This document shows positions 27,261 through 41,988 of a DNA stretch of 64,000 nt, piece after piece (position 1 is the first letter of the stretch; each line of letters starts with the position of its first letter). The stretch is from Eledone cirrhosa. Lineage: Eukaryota. Location of the stretch: NCBI GenBank assembly GCA_964016885.1, contig OZ024743.1, positions 294,376,001 to 294,440,000 of the forward strand, written 5' to 3'. The notes below the pieces were generated by a model that ran no database searches, had not been told where the DNA came from, and saw nothing but the letters and a program-made list of their open reading frames with translations. The position numbers were made by a program, and so were the translations under genes.

Positions 27261-28196
27261 TGGGTGTGTGTGTATGTATATCTATATCTATACACAAATA
27301 TATATATATTTAGACATATATCGTCAACTATTTAGAGATCATGTGCGGTACTGTGGTTAGGAATATCATTTTTCCCCTTCCAATTCACCATTTAATGATA
27401 GTATCTCTGTGATGGCATTGAATATGTTATCTGTATGATGGTATTGAATATGTTGGTATTCAATGCATTGGTATTGAATTCAGTGTTATTGAATTTGTTG
27501 TTGGTATTGAATATGTTGATTCATGTAATTCCTCAATGCGAGAAATAATGATTATGTCTATGTATAAAGTATAATGTCTACTAGAATTAGATTTAACTTA
27601 AGACTTGCCATTTGAAAATATATCAAGCTAACGGCCTATGTTATTGATATCCTCACAAATGTCGACAAAATGTCGACAATTGTGTTTGAATGTCTTCTAA
27701 CCTTATTCATCCAACTGGTTTAGAATTAGTTATAATATATGACTGACATATAGAATATCTTTTCAGTTAGCAACACTTCACACTCAGTTACGCAAATACA
27801 TACAAATATACACACATAGGCTCACAAAGTGTTATCAGGCGAAAACATCAGCATGTGTTAATAATACACAGGCATCCCAAATTATATGTATATTTTTATT
27901 TTGATACTGAACTCTTAAAATATGTATGTATATATATTTTATATAAAATATAAAATATATATGTATATATATTTTATATAAAATATGAAATATATATGTA
28001 TATATATTATATATATATAATTATCTATAAACAACGATATGGTTATAAGTAAGAAAGAAAGCTCCATCGTCTGAATTTCAGATAACTGCAGCAGTAAAGG
28101 TTTTCACAGGGAATTCTAGAAACCGACTGCATATTCTCATTACCTCACTTGGTGAATTTATCTGTAACCCCCCCCCCACACACACACACACACACG

Positions 28197-28252
<56 letters not shown>

Positions 28253-28389
28253 CCAAAGATTAGTATGGTTATTGATTACTCAACGAACACAATATTACAA
28301 TAGATTAGAAGCACCCAACAGTTTTCCTGGAACTCTTAATATTATTCAAAATGTTAAGAAATGAAAAATATTGTCATAATCAAAATATA

Positions 28390-28452
28390 TATTTTATTAT
28401 ACATATTTCAAAGGTACTATGGTGTTTAAGTACGTTTTCATCAGACAAAATA
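28390..28452 (-). ncRNA. Type I hammerhead, related to the intact-PLE pLTR HHR (another at 53385-53451 -)
   Basis: tattttgt-CTGATGA-aaac gtact..agtac cttt-GAAA-tatgta-TA-ataaaata. A partial inverted copy is at 28561-28655. Confidence 0.8.
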
Positions 28453-28659
28453 GATGATTATTCAATTCCAGTATTGGCAGACTGAAATACTGGCAGTCTG
28501 CCTGGATTGAATAATCAAAACCGTAGCGGCATGTCACTAATCAAATCATATATTGTGTTTCATGAAAACGTACTTAAACACTATAATACCTTTGAAATAT
28601 GTATAATAAAATATATATTTTTATTATGAGAATATGTTCCATTTTTTAACATTTTTAAT

Positions 28660-28683
28660 AATATATATATATATATATATAGT

Positions 28684-28744
<61 letters not shown>

Positions 28745-29399
28745 GTATATATATATATATATATATAGTATATATATATGTATATGTATATATATATATA
28801 GTATATATATATATATAGTATATATATATATATAGTATATATGTATATATAGTATATATATATATAGTATATATATATATATAGTATATATATATATATA
28901 GTATATATATATATATATAGTATATATATATATATAGTATATATATATATAGTATATATATAGTATATATATATATAGTATATATATATATATATATATA
29001 TATAGTATATATGTATATATATATATATAGTATATATATATAGTATATATATATATACATGTATATATATATATATCGTATATATATAAATATATTATAT
29101 ATATATATGTATATATATCGTATATATATAAATATAGTATATATATATATATATGTATATATATTATATATATATATATATCGTATATATATAAATATAG
29201 TATATATATATATATATAGTATATATATATAGTATATATATGAATATAGTATATATATATATATATATAGTATATATATATAGTATATATATGAATATAG
29301 TATATATATATATATGTACATATATAGTATATATATATATATATATGTACATATATAGTATATATATATATATGTATATATATAGTATATATATATATA

Positions 29400-29447
<48 letters not shown>

Positions 29448-29450
29448 TAT

Positions 29451-29493
<43 letters not shown>

Positions 29494-29496
29494 TAT
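28660..29496. repeat. Long (TA)n / (TA)nG microsatellite; similar tracts at 34260-34890, 35170-35690, 37930-38500, 39220-39500, 59380-59610, 60475-60700
   Basis: Directly visible; source of the YIYI ORFs. Confidence 0.97.
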
Positions 29497-30094
29497 ACAA
29501 TATTAAATAAATGGAAAACTATATTTATAAAACCATATTTATTTCATTATATATATTTCGGGGATATCATATTAACAATATGCTATGCCTTCATCAGACA
29601 AAATACAATATAAACAGTTTTATAGATAAATAGATTCGACATACCGTAATAACACCGACTTCATTTTATTTTTTTTTCTCTCTATATATCTCCCTTACAT
29701 TAATACCTGAGCTAAATAAATAAATAAATAAATAAATGTATCATTGATACATTTACTCAAAATGACCTCCCACTACCTAATTTTCTATATATATATGTAT
29801 CTATCTCTATTTCCTCTCTCTCTATATATATATGTCTCTTTCTGTTTCTTTACATGAAGTTCTTCGCTTTATCTATCTCTCCATCTCTCTATTTTGTTCC
29901 ATGCATTTCTTCTTTTTCTTTTTCTTCTTTTTTTTCTTCTTTTTCTTCCTTTTCTTCGTTTTGTCTTTCTTTCTTTTTTCTCTCTTTCTTTCTCTCTGTA
30001 TAAAATTTTTTCACTGCCAGCGTAAACCTCTTCAAATGAAGTCGGTGTTATTACGGTATGTCGAATCTATTTATCTATAAAACTGTTTATATTG

Positions 30095-30160
30095 TATTTT
30101 GTCTGATGAAGGCATAGCATATTGTTAATATGATATCCCCGAAATATATATAATGAAATA
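30095..30160 (+). ncRNA. pLTR type I hammerhead (copies at 34047-34112 + and 29540-29605 -)
   Basis: tattttgt-CTGATGA-aggcatagcatatt gtt aatatgatatcccc-GAAA-tatata-TA-atgaaata, with a short palindromic stem III. Confidence 0.85.
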
Positions 30161-30340
30161 AATATGGTTTTATAAATATAGTTTTCCATTTATTTAATAT
30201 TGTAAATATACTCCAAATATTTGTCGAGTGCTTTTATATCAGTTATAAATATTTACTAGTTGTAACCCAACAATTTTAAATATAACTTTACATGTATCTT
30301 GCTCCAATACTGTTGAGCGCTTTATATTATAACTGGAAAA

Positions 30341-32560
30341 ATGGAATTCTTTAAGATTACTTCCTCTCTAAAAGACATACCTCTACCTAGAAACAAAGAC
30401 TTTGTAAAACAATTAATAGATAAATCTGACTCTTTTATAAGGAGAATCAGGTGGCGTGCATTCCACTTTGATAAATCTAATGCAGACGAAAATGTCTCGG
30501 ACTTAAACAAAGTTTTCAAATCTAAAAGAAATCCACCCCCTAACAAACTTTTATCTGACTTTGAAAACGATATAATTTCTATCATACAAGGGGTCAAATT
30601 CAAGAGAAACTTTAAAGGCCAGGAATATCTGAAAGGCATTAAGGATAACATTGAGAGCTTAGAGAAAACTGAGAAGATCTTGGTGAAATCTGACAAGACC
30701 AACAACCTCTATGGAGTGCGGAAAGACATGTATAATGGCCTCATACTGAAAGAGCTGAGGAAAAAGTACAAGGTAGCAGATAAGGCCGAACTTGAGAAAA
30801 TGAATGTCGAAGCATCTTGTATAATGCACGAGTTGGAAATTGAGAACAGAACACAACCTTTCGTGCCCAGGAAACCGAAGATCAATATGAAGGACCACAA
30901 GAGGAATTTTGAAAATGACCTGCCAGTTAGATTGATCGCACCTTCAAAATCGGACCTGGGCAAATTAAGCAAAAACATTCTTGACAGGGTGATACAGCAA
31001 ATTAAGAACGTGGATTGTGTATCTAACCTGAGCTTGTGGAAGGGAACTGGAGAGGTTGTTGAGTGGTTTAGGCAAATTAAATATAACAATAATAATAGGT
31101 TTATTCAACTTGATATAGCTAACTATTATTCTTCTATTACCCCTAGTCTACTAAATAAGGCACTAAATTACGCATTCAAACATACTGACCTAACTAGCAA
31201 AGAAATGCATATTATATTATCGGCTAGGAAAACTTTGATAGAATTTAATGACAAATTATGGACCAGAGCAGATAGAGATAGCAATTTTGACATAACTATG
31301 GGATCTTCCGACTCAGCTCAGGTAACTGACCTTGTGGGCTTATTTTTAATCAATTCGCTACATAGGAAAATACCTGGTACTACCGGAGGTTTATATAGGG
31401 ATGACATGCTTTTACTTATTAATAATAATAACCCTGAACTAAATAGAAAATGTAAACAAATTACAAATTTTTTTAATTACTTTAACCTTAAAATAGAAAT
31501 TGAGAACAACCATAGAATAGTCAATTTCCTAGATATAACATTAAATCTCAACACATGTCTCCACTATCCTTTTCACAAGTTGAATGAAAACTTAAACTAT
31601 GTCAACTTTAACTCTAACCACCCCAGATCTGTCAAAAACACTATAGTAAACTCAGTCCAAAAACCTATCTCTAGGATCTCGTCGAATAGAAAGATTTTCG
31701 ACGAAAAGGCCCAATACTATAATGAAGCACTAGCTAGGGCAGGATATGCTGATAAGATTGTGTACATAGATAATGATAGACAAACTAAACAAAGTAACAA
31801 CTTTTTTAATTACGGCAACAACATTAACAACTATAATAGAAAGCATTACAATAATTCCAAAGGACAAAAAAGAAATAGAACTAGGAACATAATTTGGTTT
31901 GCCCCCCCTTTCTCACTAAACATTAAAACCCACATCGCTAAATTATTTTTCAAAGCTCTTGATAATCGCTTCCCTAGAACACATAGGTATCACTCAATTT
32001 TCAATAGGCATACAATTAAATTAACCTACTCATCCACCAAAAATTTAGCACAAAATATTAATAGAATAAATAATAGGAACTTAAAACCTACTGATAATAG
32101 CATAAATAATATACAAGTTAACAAATGTAACTGTAGAGATAGATCTAAATGTCCGTTAAATAACAACTGCTTAGTTAAAAATATAGTATACAATTGTAAT
32201 GTTAATACTGACTCTAATTCTTTTAACTACGTCGGTTCCACATCGACGGAATTTAAACTTCGCTATAATAACCACAAGAATTCGTTCACAGATCCAAGTA
32301 AAAAATCTTCAACGGCACTATCAGGCGTACTCTGGCAACTTAAGCTAGATAACGTTAGATATTCGACGGCTTGGAATATAGTCTCAAGAGGGATTCCTTT
32401 TAATTCATCCTCTGAGACATGTGACCTCTGCGCAGAGGAGATATTCTTTATACTAAAATCTAAAAATTCCCTTAACCTACGGACAAATTTATTCAGTTGT
32501 TGCAAACATAGATTAAACTCAACGTTTAAATATAAATTTAAATTTAAATTTAAAATGTAG
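30341..32560 (+). CDS. PLE polyprotein: reverse transcriptase + C-terminal GIY-YIG endonuclease, 739 aa
   Basis: KSDKTNN, LDIANYYSSI, TMGSSDSAQVTDLVG, LYRDDML, FLDITL, SNHP, IIWFAPPFS, CNCRDRSKCPLNNNC, IVYNC..YVGST..FKLRYNNH, CDLCAEE, CCKH. No internal stops. Confidence 0.95.
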   Translation: MEFFKITSSLKDIPLPRNKDFVKQLIDKSDSFIRRIRWRAFHFDKSNADENVSDLNKVFKSKRNPPPNKLLSDFENDIISIIQGVKFKRNFKGQEYLKGIKDNIESLEKTEKILVKSDKTNNLYGVRKDMYNGLILKELRKKYKVADKAELEKMNVEASCIMHELEIENRTQPFVPRKPKINMKDHKRNFENDLPVRLIAPSKSDLGKLSKNILDRVIQQIKNVDCVSNLSLWKGTGEVVEWFRQIKYNNNNRFIQLDIANYYSSITPSLLNKALNYAFKHTDLTSKEMHIILSARKTLIEFNDKLWTRADRDSNFDITMGSSDSAQVTDLVGLFLINSLHRKIPGTTGGLYRDDMLLLINNNNPELNRKCKQITNFFNYFNLKIEIENNHRIVNFLDITLNLNTCLHYPFHKLNENLNYVNFNSNHPRSVKNTIVNSVQKPISRISSNRKIFDEKAQYYNEALARAGYADKIVYIDNDRQTKQSNNFFNYGNNINNYNRKHYNNSKGQKRNRTRNIIWFAPPFSLNIKTHIAKLFFKALDNRFPRTHRYHSIFNRHTIKLTYSSTKNLAQNINRINNRNLKPTDNSINNIQVNKCNCRDRSKCPLNNNCLVKNIVYNCNVNTDSNSFNYVGSTSTEFKLRYNNHKNSFTDPSKKSSTALSGVLWQLKLDNVRYSTAWNIVSRGIPFNSSSETCDLCAEEIFFILKSKNSLNLRTNLFSCCKHRLNSTFKYKFKFKFKM

Positions 32561-34333
32561 TATATTTAGTTTGATTTATATTTATATGGGAAACTAGCCG
32601 ATAAATTTTTTGATTCCTAAATCTTTGATTCCCTCTTTTTACTCTTTTTTTATTGTTTATTTTTATTTTATTTTTATCTAAACATTCCTCATGAAAAATT
32701 AAGCTACCCTAAAAGCTGATGCTCCAAATTTTTTGAATTAACCGTACACTAGATAAACTTCTATATTAAATATAAGAACATATGTAGACCTAATTGGACA
32801 TCATAATCTTTTTGAAATGATCTTTGCTAGATGTGATTTGATAGATAATTTTTGGCTTTGTCTTGTAATGAACTTGGCAATATATTGTCAATTAACTTTG
32901 AAGGGTTGTTCTTTGTGGTTTATTTTTATTTTTATTTATTTTTATTTTTATTTTTATTTTTATTTTTATTTTTATTTTTATTTTTATTTTTATTTTTATT
33001 TTTTATTATTGTAGTATTCTATAATATTTTTTATTTTTTATTTTTTATTTTTTATTTTATTTTTAATATCTTTAATATGTAAATTTTTAATACGTAATAT
33101 TTTTTAATACGTAGTATTTTTAATATGTAATATTTTTATTATGTAATATTCTTTCGTAATATTTTTTTAGTTTTCTATTCTATATTTTTACTTATTATTA
33201 TTATTGTTATCTTTTTATTTTTAGTTTTGTTTATAATATATATTTTTATTAGTATATTGAAATCTGCTCTCTATTTCTGCTTGATAGATAATCTTGTAGA
33301 GTAATGACAGGAATAATAATACGCTCATATTTTTATACCACATTGAGAATGTTTTCCGTGAACTTAGAGTTTGCAGAGTGAATCAGTTGGATTCGCATGG
33401 ATGTTTGTAGATGTCACATAAACATATGAATTTTTTAAAACTAAACATAAGATAATTAATTTTCACACATTATGGATACTTGTCTCATTCAGGAATACTG
33501 ATATTTACAATATAGTGTAAGTTTTATAAATACTAATACATTAAAACATAGGGTTTTTGCGCCTCGAATATGTCTGGCTATTTTTAAATTTTTTTCTCTC
33601 GCTATTTTTTCCTCTCTCTATATTTTTTTCTCTCTATATATCTCCCTTACATTAATACCAGAGCTAAATAAATAAATAAATAAATAAATGTATCATTGAT
33701 ACATTTACTCAAAATGACCTCCCACTACCTAATTTTCTATATATATATGTATCTATCTCTATTTCCTCTCTCTCTATATATATATGTCTCTTTCTGTTTC
33801 TTTACATGAAGTTCTTCGCTTTATCTATCTCTCCATCTCTCTATTTTGTTCCATGCATTTCTTCTTTTTCTTTTTCTTCTTTTTTTTCTTCTTTTTCTTC
33901 CTTTTCTTCGTTTTGTCTTTCTTTCTTTTTTCTCTCTTTCTTTCTCTCTGTATAAAATTTTTTCACTGCCAGCGTAAACCTCTTCAAATGAAGTCAGTGT
34001 TATTACGGTATGTCGAATCTGTTTATCTATAAAACTGTTTATATTGTATTTTGTCTGATGAAGGCATAGCATATTGTTAATATGATATCCCCGAAATATA
34101 TATAATGAAATAAATATGGTTTTATAAATATAGTTTTCCATTTATTTAATATTGTTATTTAATATTGTAAATATACTCCAAATATTTGTCGAGTGCTTTT
34201 ATATCAGTTATAAATATTTACTAGTTGTAACCCAACAATTTTAAATATAACTTTACATGTATATATAGTATATATATATATATATAATATATATATATAT
34301 ATAGTATATATATATATATATATATATATATAC

Positions 34334-34369
<36 letters not shown>

Positions 34370-34869
34370 CTATATATATATACATATATACATACATATA
34401 TATATACTATATATATATACATATATATATATATATACTATATATATATATATATATATACTATATATATATATATATAGTATATATATATATAGTATAT
34501 ATATATATAGTATATATAGTATATATATATATATATAATGTAAATATACTATATATATATATATATACTATACATATACTATATATATATATACTATATA
34601 TATACTATATATATATATATATATATACTATATATATACTATATATATACCTATATATATATATTTACTATATATATATATATATATATATACTATATAT
34701 ATATACACACATATATATATATATATATATACTATATATATACATATATATATACTATATATATATATATATATACTATATACATACATATATATATATA
34801 TATACTATATATATGCATATATATATATATACTATATATATACACACATATATATATATATATAGTATA

Positions 34870-34901
<32 letters not shown>

Positions 34902-34904
34902 TGT

Positions 34905-35072
34905 TTCTACGTTAGGCACAGGGCCAGCAATTACAGTGCATTACTGGTACTTCATTTTATCGACCCCGTAATGGTGAAAGTTAACCTCGGTGGGATTTGA
35001 ACTCAGATCGTAAAGGGACGTAACTATTCTGGAAAGCATGGCGTCCGACCCTCTACCGATACTGCCAATCCC
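34905..35072 (-). mobile_element. tRNA-derived SINE (older copies at ~36680-36830 -, ~37290-37400 +, ~40110-40295 -)
   Basis: Matches the family consensus seen elsewhere in the window. Confidence 0.8.
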
Positions 35073-35164
35073 CCCAATAATAATACTCTTTATAGTTATG
35101 TATATACTATAAACAACTATAAACAGGAAAGGTCAGTAATTTCTACTACCTTGTTACCAGTAAG

Positions 35165-35229
<65 letters not shown>

Positions 35230-35282
35230 GAGAGATAGTATATATATTTATATATATATAGTATATATATAGTATATATATG

Positions 35283-35320
<38 letters not shown>

Positions 35321-35385
35321 TAGTATATATATATGTATATAGTATATATATATGTATATATATATGTATATATATATAGTATATA

Positions 35386-35436
<51 letters not shown>

Positions 35437-35450
35437 GTATATATATATAG

Positions 35451-35745
<295 letters not shown>

Positions 35746-35910
35746 TGTATAAACCCAGCAGCAAAAAAAAACAAGAGATTTTAAAGGGTGGATATACGCG
35801 TTAATTTCATTGGTCATACACGACAACTATGGGTTAAATAGCCTCATTAAACTACAATTGGCCAAGAGTTGTTTATACGGCTACAACCCTGAAGATAGTG
35901 CTGGAGATCA

Positions 35911-35957
<47 letters not shown>

Positions 35958-36112
35958 TATTGAAATTTCCGTTGGAAACAGAAAAGGTCATAGAAATGAA
36001 GAGTGCTCTATGTAAGTATCAGAGCAAAATTGAATGTATAAAAATCAATCGTATTCGCCTTATTCGGGAAACCTCTGGTAATGCGGTATTTATATTGTAT
36101 TGATTTTTATAC

Positions 36113-36180
<68 letters not shown>

Positions 36181-37923
36181 TATACATAATTGTAGAACAC
36201 TATATCTGTAGTAGTAGAGCACTCAGTCCATGGGACGGGTTTGGTAGAAGTAGTTCCACAAGAGTTAGTTCACCATACAGGGAAATAAATGTTTCACCTT
36301 ATTTGGATTCTCAGCTCGGTAGATAAAGTTTTTGTTTGAATACATTGTTCTTTAGGTACATTGTTGTAGATGGATTGATATAGAGGTACTGTATTACATA
36401 CTGAGATTCCCAAAACATTGCGTTTACGTCTTTAACAATTCCAATAATCCATTGCGCCATTGATTGATACTTCACTGAATGACCACGAAAGTATGAATGT
36501 ATGTATGGTCCCGTAACTCCTGATAGAGTCGTAGCTGTACCGTATTGACACACGGCGTTTCATGGGCATTTTACGCTCGGCAGAGACCACCTCTTTCTAG
36601 GCCTGAGTACAGCAGATTTCTTCCAGAGAATGATAGAAAGGCAGGGAGAGAAAATAAGAATGAGATATAGAGTATGAATCGACCCCAGTACTGGTACATT
36701 TTTATCGACTTCGAAATGATGAAAGGCAAAGTTGATCTCGTTGGGATTTGTACTCAGAGAGCAGAGAGCTGAACGAGTAACATAAAGCGTCCTATACGAT
36801 GTTCTAACGACTCTGTCAATTTGCTGCCTATGAAGGGCAAATTTCATCTTGATTGTATTTGAACTCCGAATGCAGTGAGACAGAACAAATATCAAGTCAT
36901 AAATCTCTTCCAATTCACTGTGTTCATATACAGACTCATGTTTATTAAACAAAAAACAAATAACGTTGCACAGTTAATATTTTGCGCACTTGTATGGGAA
37001 CAAAACAACTAGTTTGTTATATGTTGGTATTTGTTGTTTTCGTTGTTTAGTTCCGTCAAAATTCTGCTCTCAGAGTTATAATCACTTCAAGGTAAACACT
37101 GAATTTCATCCAGCTAAACCACCCGTTCAGAGTTTATTTGTTTTTTTTTTGTTGGGAGGAGAGAAAAACTTTATGAAATATAATCAATTCTTAGATAGCA
37201 GGAAAGGCGCAGTTTAAATATTTAGCTGCATTGCAGGCCAATTACTAAACTGAATCATTAGAGCGTCGGAAATCATTTTTCGTTATTTGTTCCAGTTCTC
37301 TGCATTCCAAATTAAAGTCCCTTACATGCTAACTTTGCTTTTTATCTTTTCGGTCTCGATAAACAAATTACCAGTGAAGGGGCGACATATTGGACTGGGT
37401 AATTTGCAGTATCTGATCCCTCTCTGTGCGTTCTGTGTTCAAACCCCTTCTCATTCTGCTAGGGGCACGACAGGCAGATAATATCAGCAATGAAAAGATA
37501 AATGAAAACATAGTCTCTGCGTGGTTTGATGATTGGCTAATTTTCTATGCCTTTACGGGCAAAAACCTTTAGAATCTTACGCAGAGATCTTGCAAATGAC
37601 GTTTCTATAATCTTTCAACTGGCTTTAACTACTTCCTCTTTGATTGAGACTTTTTGTGTGTGGGTGCTTCAAAAGTTCTCAGACTTCAGATCAATAATTT
37701 GAAGTGAGGCACACCTGTATTTTAAAGACTTTCTTTGACTGCTTAAAGCTGAAGTAGTTTCTATAAAAATATTATGTTTTATTCTTGTGTCTGTTGTTAT
37801 ATATTTATATCCAACAACCCATCGGAGGAGTATAATATGTAATGATACATATACACCTCTTTATATATTTCTTCCATGCTTTCAATCTTTCTCTCCCCTC
37901 CTCACCCCGTCTTCCCCTATCTC

Positions 37924-37997
<74 letters not shown>

Positions 37998-38018
37998 GAC
38001 GCACATATACATATATAC

Positions 38019-38050
<32 letters not shown>

Positions 38051-38383
38051 GTTTTTGTATATACATATATATATATATATATTTGTATACATATATATAT
38101 GTATATATATTTGTATATATATTGTTATACTTGGGGAGGGTCATATTGTTGTAATAATATTGCCAGAATTAATAACAGAACACACTCACTGTTTGGTTGG
38201 TTTTCGCTTCTGTATCATTTATGTCAGTTAATTTATTCGGCCCTCAATGTTTACCATTGACTGACCAACGGTCAAAATTACAGATATAATATAGACACAA
38301 ACACATATATATAGTCTAACAAAGTTCTTTCGTTGCACATCTGTATATATATATATATATGTATATTTATACATATATATAGA

Positions 38384-38504
<121 letters not shown>

Positions 38505-38763
38505 AAGGTATATAATGAGTTAGAAATTCAAAGTAGTCTCTTACAATAAAATAGATCTAGGAAAGATATTTTTCCGAGCCGTATATTATAATTGAATATA
38601 AAAGAAACCCGAACACAGATATATACATATATGTGTTCAAATCGTAAGGGACCAGATTCGCTAAGGTGAAAAGAATACTAACTATAGAGAATAGGGTTTG
38701 CCTGACTCAAATTAAGAATAAATCAAGAAAATAAATATAAACCGGAATTGTGGTAACTACCAA

Positions 38764-38845
38764 TCCACCAGACAGCTTTTGGTACTGCTGTTTCGCAAAA
38801 TTTATTGTGAATAGGAATGCCAATTCTTGCTCATCAGTGGGTGAA
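38764..38845 (-). ncRNA. Type I hammerhead within a pLTR-like unit (38500-39215, with direct and inverted duplications)
   Basis: ttcaccca-CTGATGA-gcaaga..ttttgc-GAAA-cagc agtaccaaaa gctg-TC-tggtgga. Confidence 0.85.
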
Positions 38846-39218
38846 GAATTAGGATCCTAGACACTTCTAAGTATATTAAAAAACTGAACAGTGTGCGTAT
38901 GTATAATAACGCACATGGTATCTGAACTTAGCGTGTCTCACAAACTCACACCACTAAAAATAGCAGCCAGGTTTATTCGACATTTGAATTAGCTCAATAA
39001 ATTAAAGGAGCCGAATATATCAAAGATATATATTGAGTTAGAAACTGAAAATAGTCTCTTACAATAAAATAGCTCTAGGAAAGATATTTTTCCGAGCCGT
39101 ATATTATAATTGAATATAATTGATTATATATATTCACCTTAGCGAGTCTGGTCCCTAACGATTTGAACACATATATGTATATATCTGTGTTCGTTTTTCT
39201 TTTATATTCAATTATAAT

Positions 39219-39341
<123 letters not shown>

Positions 39342-39434
39342 ATATATATATATACCTTTATATATGTTCATATTTATATACATACATATATATGTATATA
39401 TATATATGTTTGTATATATATATATACATACATA

Positions 39435-39506
<72 letters not shown>

Positions 39507-40399
39507 CATAAATTTGTATATAGGTATATAGATATATATATATATGTTTGTGAGTGTGTGTGTGCGTGTGTAGATATAGAGGTATCTCTATATATACGCA
39601 CACACGACGATGGTTCTAAACGAAACCTTACGTAACAACCATATCAGATTGTTTACTTCTATACCTGTGTCTTCGTAATCCTAGTCAGCCAGTGTTGTGC
39701 CTTGGCAAAGCGAATAAAAACGACCAATGGGAGTTTACATCTGAAGAAATTGTATAGCTTCTTATTGATTACTTGAAGCCTATAGCATCGACCGCCCACA
39801 TTTCTCTTTTATTTTTCGAAGGTCTCACCTGGTTACACATCAGACTTATCTTTAATCCCATTCTAGAGACAAGATTATCCATAATCCTGTGTGGCGTAGC
39901 ATTTATATATATATAAGAAAGAAAATTTCAAAAACACTATAAAACAAAGGAATTTCGAATCGGTAGAAGAGGTACGTATCTATTTTGCCTATTTCATTAC
40001 AGAAACATGGCTTTAGAGTGCACCTACGTGCTAAAAAGACAATTTTCATTGACAGAATTGTTACTGCATTGGTGCAATAATAATATTAATATTAAAAGTA
40101 ATTATAATGGTTTCTGATATAGGCACAATGCCAAGAATTTGGGGAAGAGGAAAGTCGATTAAATCGACCCCAGTGCATTACTGGTGCGTTATTTTATCGA
40201 CTCCGTAATGATGAAAGGCAAAGCTAACCTCAGCGGAATTTGAACTCATAACGTAAACAGCTATGTAACAAAGCATGCTGTATGGCGCGCTACCAATAAT
40301 AATAATAATAATGATGATGATGATGATAATTTCTTTGTTGTCCACTAGAGCCAACATAGAGGACAATGCAGAAAACAGGGACAATAGGGAGTTTTAGAA

Positions 40400-41700
40400 A
40401 AACGTATACAAAGAAGTTAACAGATAACCGAATAGAGTCCACTGTGTATTGCAGCGATCCAGCCTCTGGACCTAAGGTTGTTATTATTGGCTTTTCGGAG
40501 AACTCTGCATCAGTGGACGAGTGTCGCTTAGGTAAGAACTGAATCTCACTCGCCTCCAAGCCCCCGCTCCCCGACCAGACTTGCAAAGTGCTGGTGAGAA
40601 GCCGCACACTTCAGCTTTGAAACAACTCAGTCCATCAAAGACCAAATTGTGGTATTGTTTCCATCTTGCGCCTTTGCATACGGGCCCGCCGAACATCTTT
40701 CGTTCCTTCGTTTCTTAGAGCACGCACCTAGCTCTGACAATGCAGCCTTCATTTTTCGCAATGCAGAAATGGGATAGTGCCATTCTTGCAACTAGCACGG
40801 CAATGGCAATGCCACTGCTAATCGCCTCTTCTAATTTAGCTACTAAAGCCTCTCTATTTTTTCTATCACTACTTCTATTCCCAAAGTTTCCTATTTTACT
40901 CAAATCTCTCTCTTGAGCGAAGCCCACCACTTGTTGAGAACTGCCCCTTCTAACTAACCTTCTAATGCAGTCGCTGTAGATATTCAGCACCGGCATTGCC
41001 GTATTAAGCTTCTAGTAACCGGATCCCTGTCTATATGTTCTATCTGGGTCGACTATACCGATCATGAGTTGGTGGACTGAATAGGTGACCGATTGGAATT
41101 GTTGGCAACCTATGATATCTCTATCTGCTAACCCAACGAATATATATTTATATACGATCTAGATGACCACATTTATACATTTGGAACATATAGTCCGTAC
41201 CTATCAGACAGTTGAAACTGCTGGATGTGATTATTGAGGCTTTTGCTCATCCCGCTTCTATCGGCTACCACAACTCCCTCCCAGAGTGTGTCCAAGATGC
41301 CATTGTATTCACCCACTTACATTAAAGGGCGAGACGTTCTTAGGAAAGTTCCACAAACCAGAAATCCGGCCGCCTAGCCCAGGTCGTAACATAGACAGTC
41401 ACCTGTCTAAATGCATCGCCTTCGCTATTGCTCACGTTTAAACCACCAACTTACCGTCCGGGTCCAGGATGTTCATCCGTACCTCGAGATCAAGGCCTCT
41501 CTTAAACCCCTCAGCGACCCTACTTACCATTTCAGGCCCACAGTTGTCAAAACATGGGGACTAGTGCACAAGATTCGGAAATCCTGGTCTCACTGACGGT
41601 TTGCCGCTGTTTTTGTTGTTCGCTGTTGCTGCTGTTTGGAATCCCTGATATTGTTAGTAAGATGGCCTTCAGGTTTAATGTTTTGTCCAGGGTCATCTGC
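40400..41700 (-). pseudogene. Highly decayed L1/Tx1-like LINE (AP endonuclease region and downstream pieces)
   Basis: Minus-strand fragments ILDPDGKLVV..FRQVTVYV and ..VGEYNGILD resemble APE motifs (D..GR, VYAP, GDFN). GC-richer than the flanks. Confidence 0.5.
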
Positions 41701-41945
41701 TGTCAACTAAAACATGAAAGTTCCCCTTCAATTATAATTGAATCTTACAGTGAAATTGTTCCAGAAAGCTTGTTTACTTGGAACGGGTAGGATAATACGA
41801 AAGTTATTGAATATAAAGTGAAAAGAAGGAAACCACGCCGTGATACTTAAGACCACTGAATGTGGTCCCCTACCAGGAATTAAGACCAATCCCGAGGGAG
41901 GACAAAATAATAATGTATCTTTTATTTGACACATTATAGAAATTG

Positions 41946-41988
<43 letters not shown>

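Larger units (their letters stand above)
29497..34262 (+). mobile_element. Apparently full-length Penelope-like element (Naiad-like)
   Basis: Near-identical direct pLTRs at about 29669-30297 and 33621-34262. The inverted pLTR piece 29497-29666 is the reverse complement of about 30034-30204. One intact ORF; both ends in (TA)n. Confidence 0.95.

Noticed and set aside
28581-29500. Long Y/I-, C/V- and H/T-rich ORFs (also at 35117-35826, 45347-46095, 48754-49409 and elsewhere)
   Set aside because: Translations of TA/CA/TG microsatellites with no coding signal.
30341-33620. Possible selenoprotein-type PLE (in-frame UGA + SECIS)
   Set aside because: The ORF has no in-frame TGA and ends in TAG. I see no convincing SECIS in the AT-rich 3' region.
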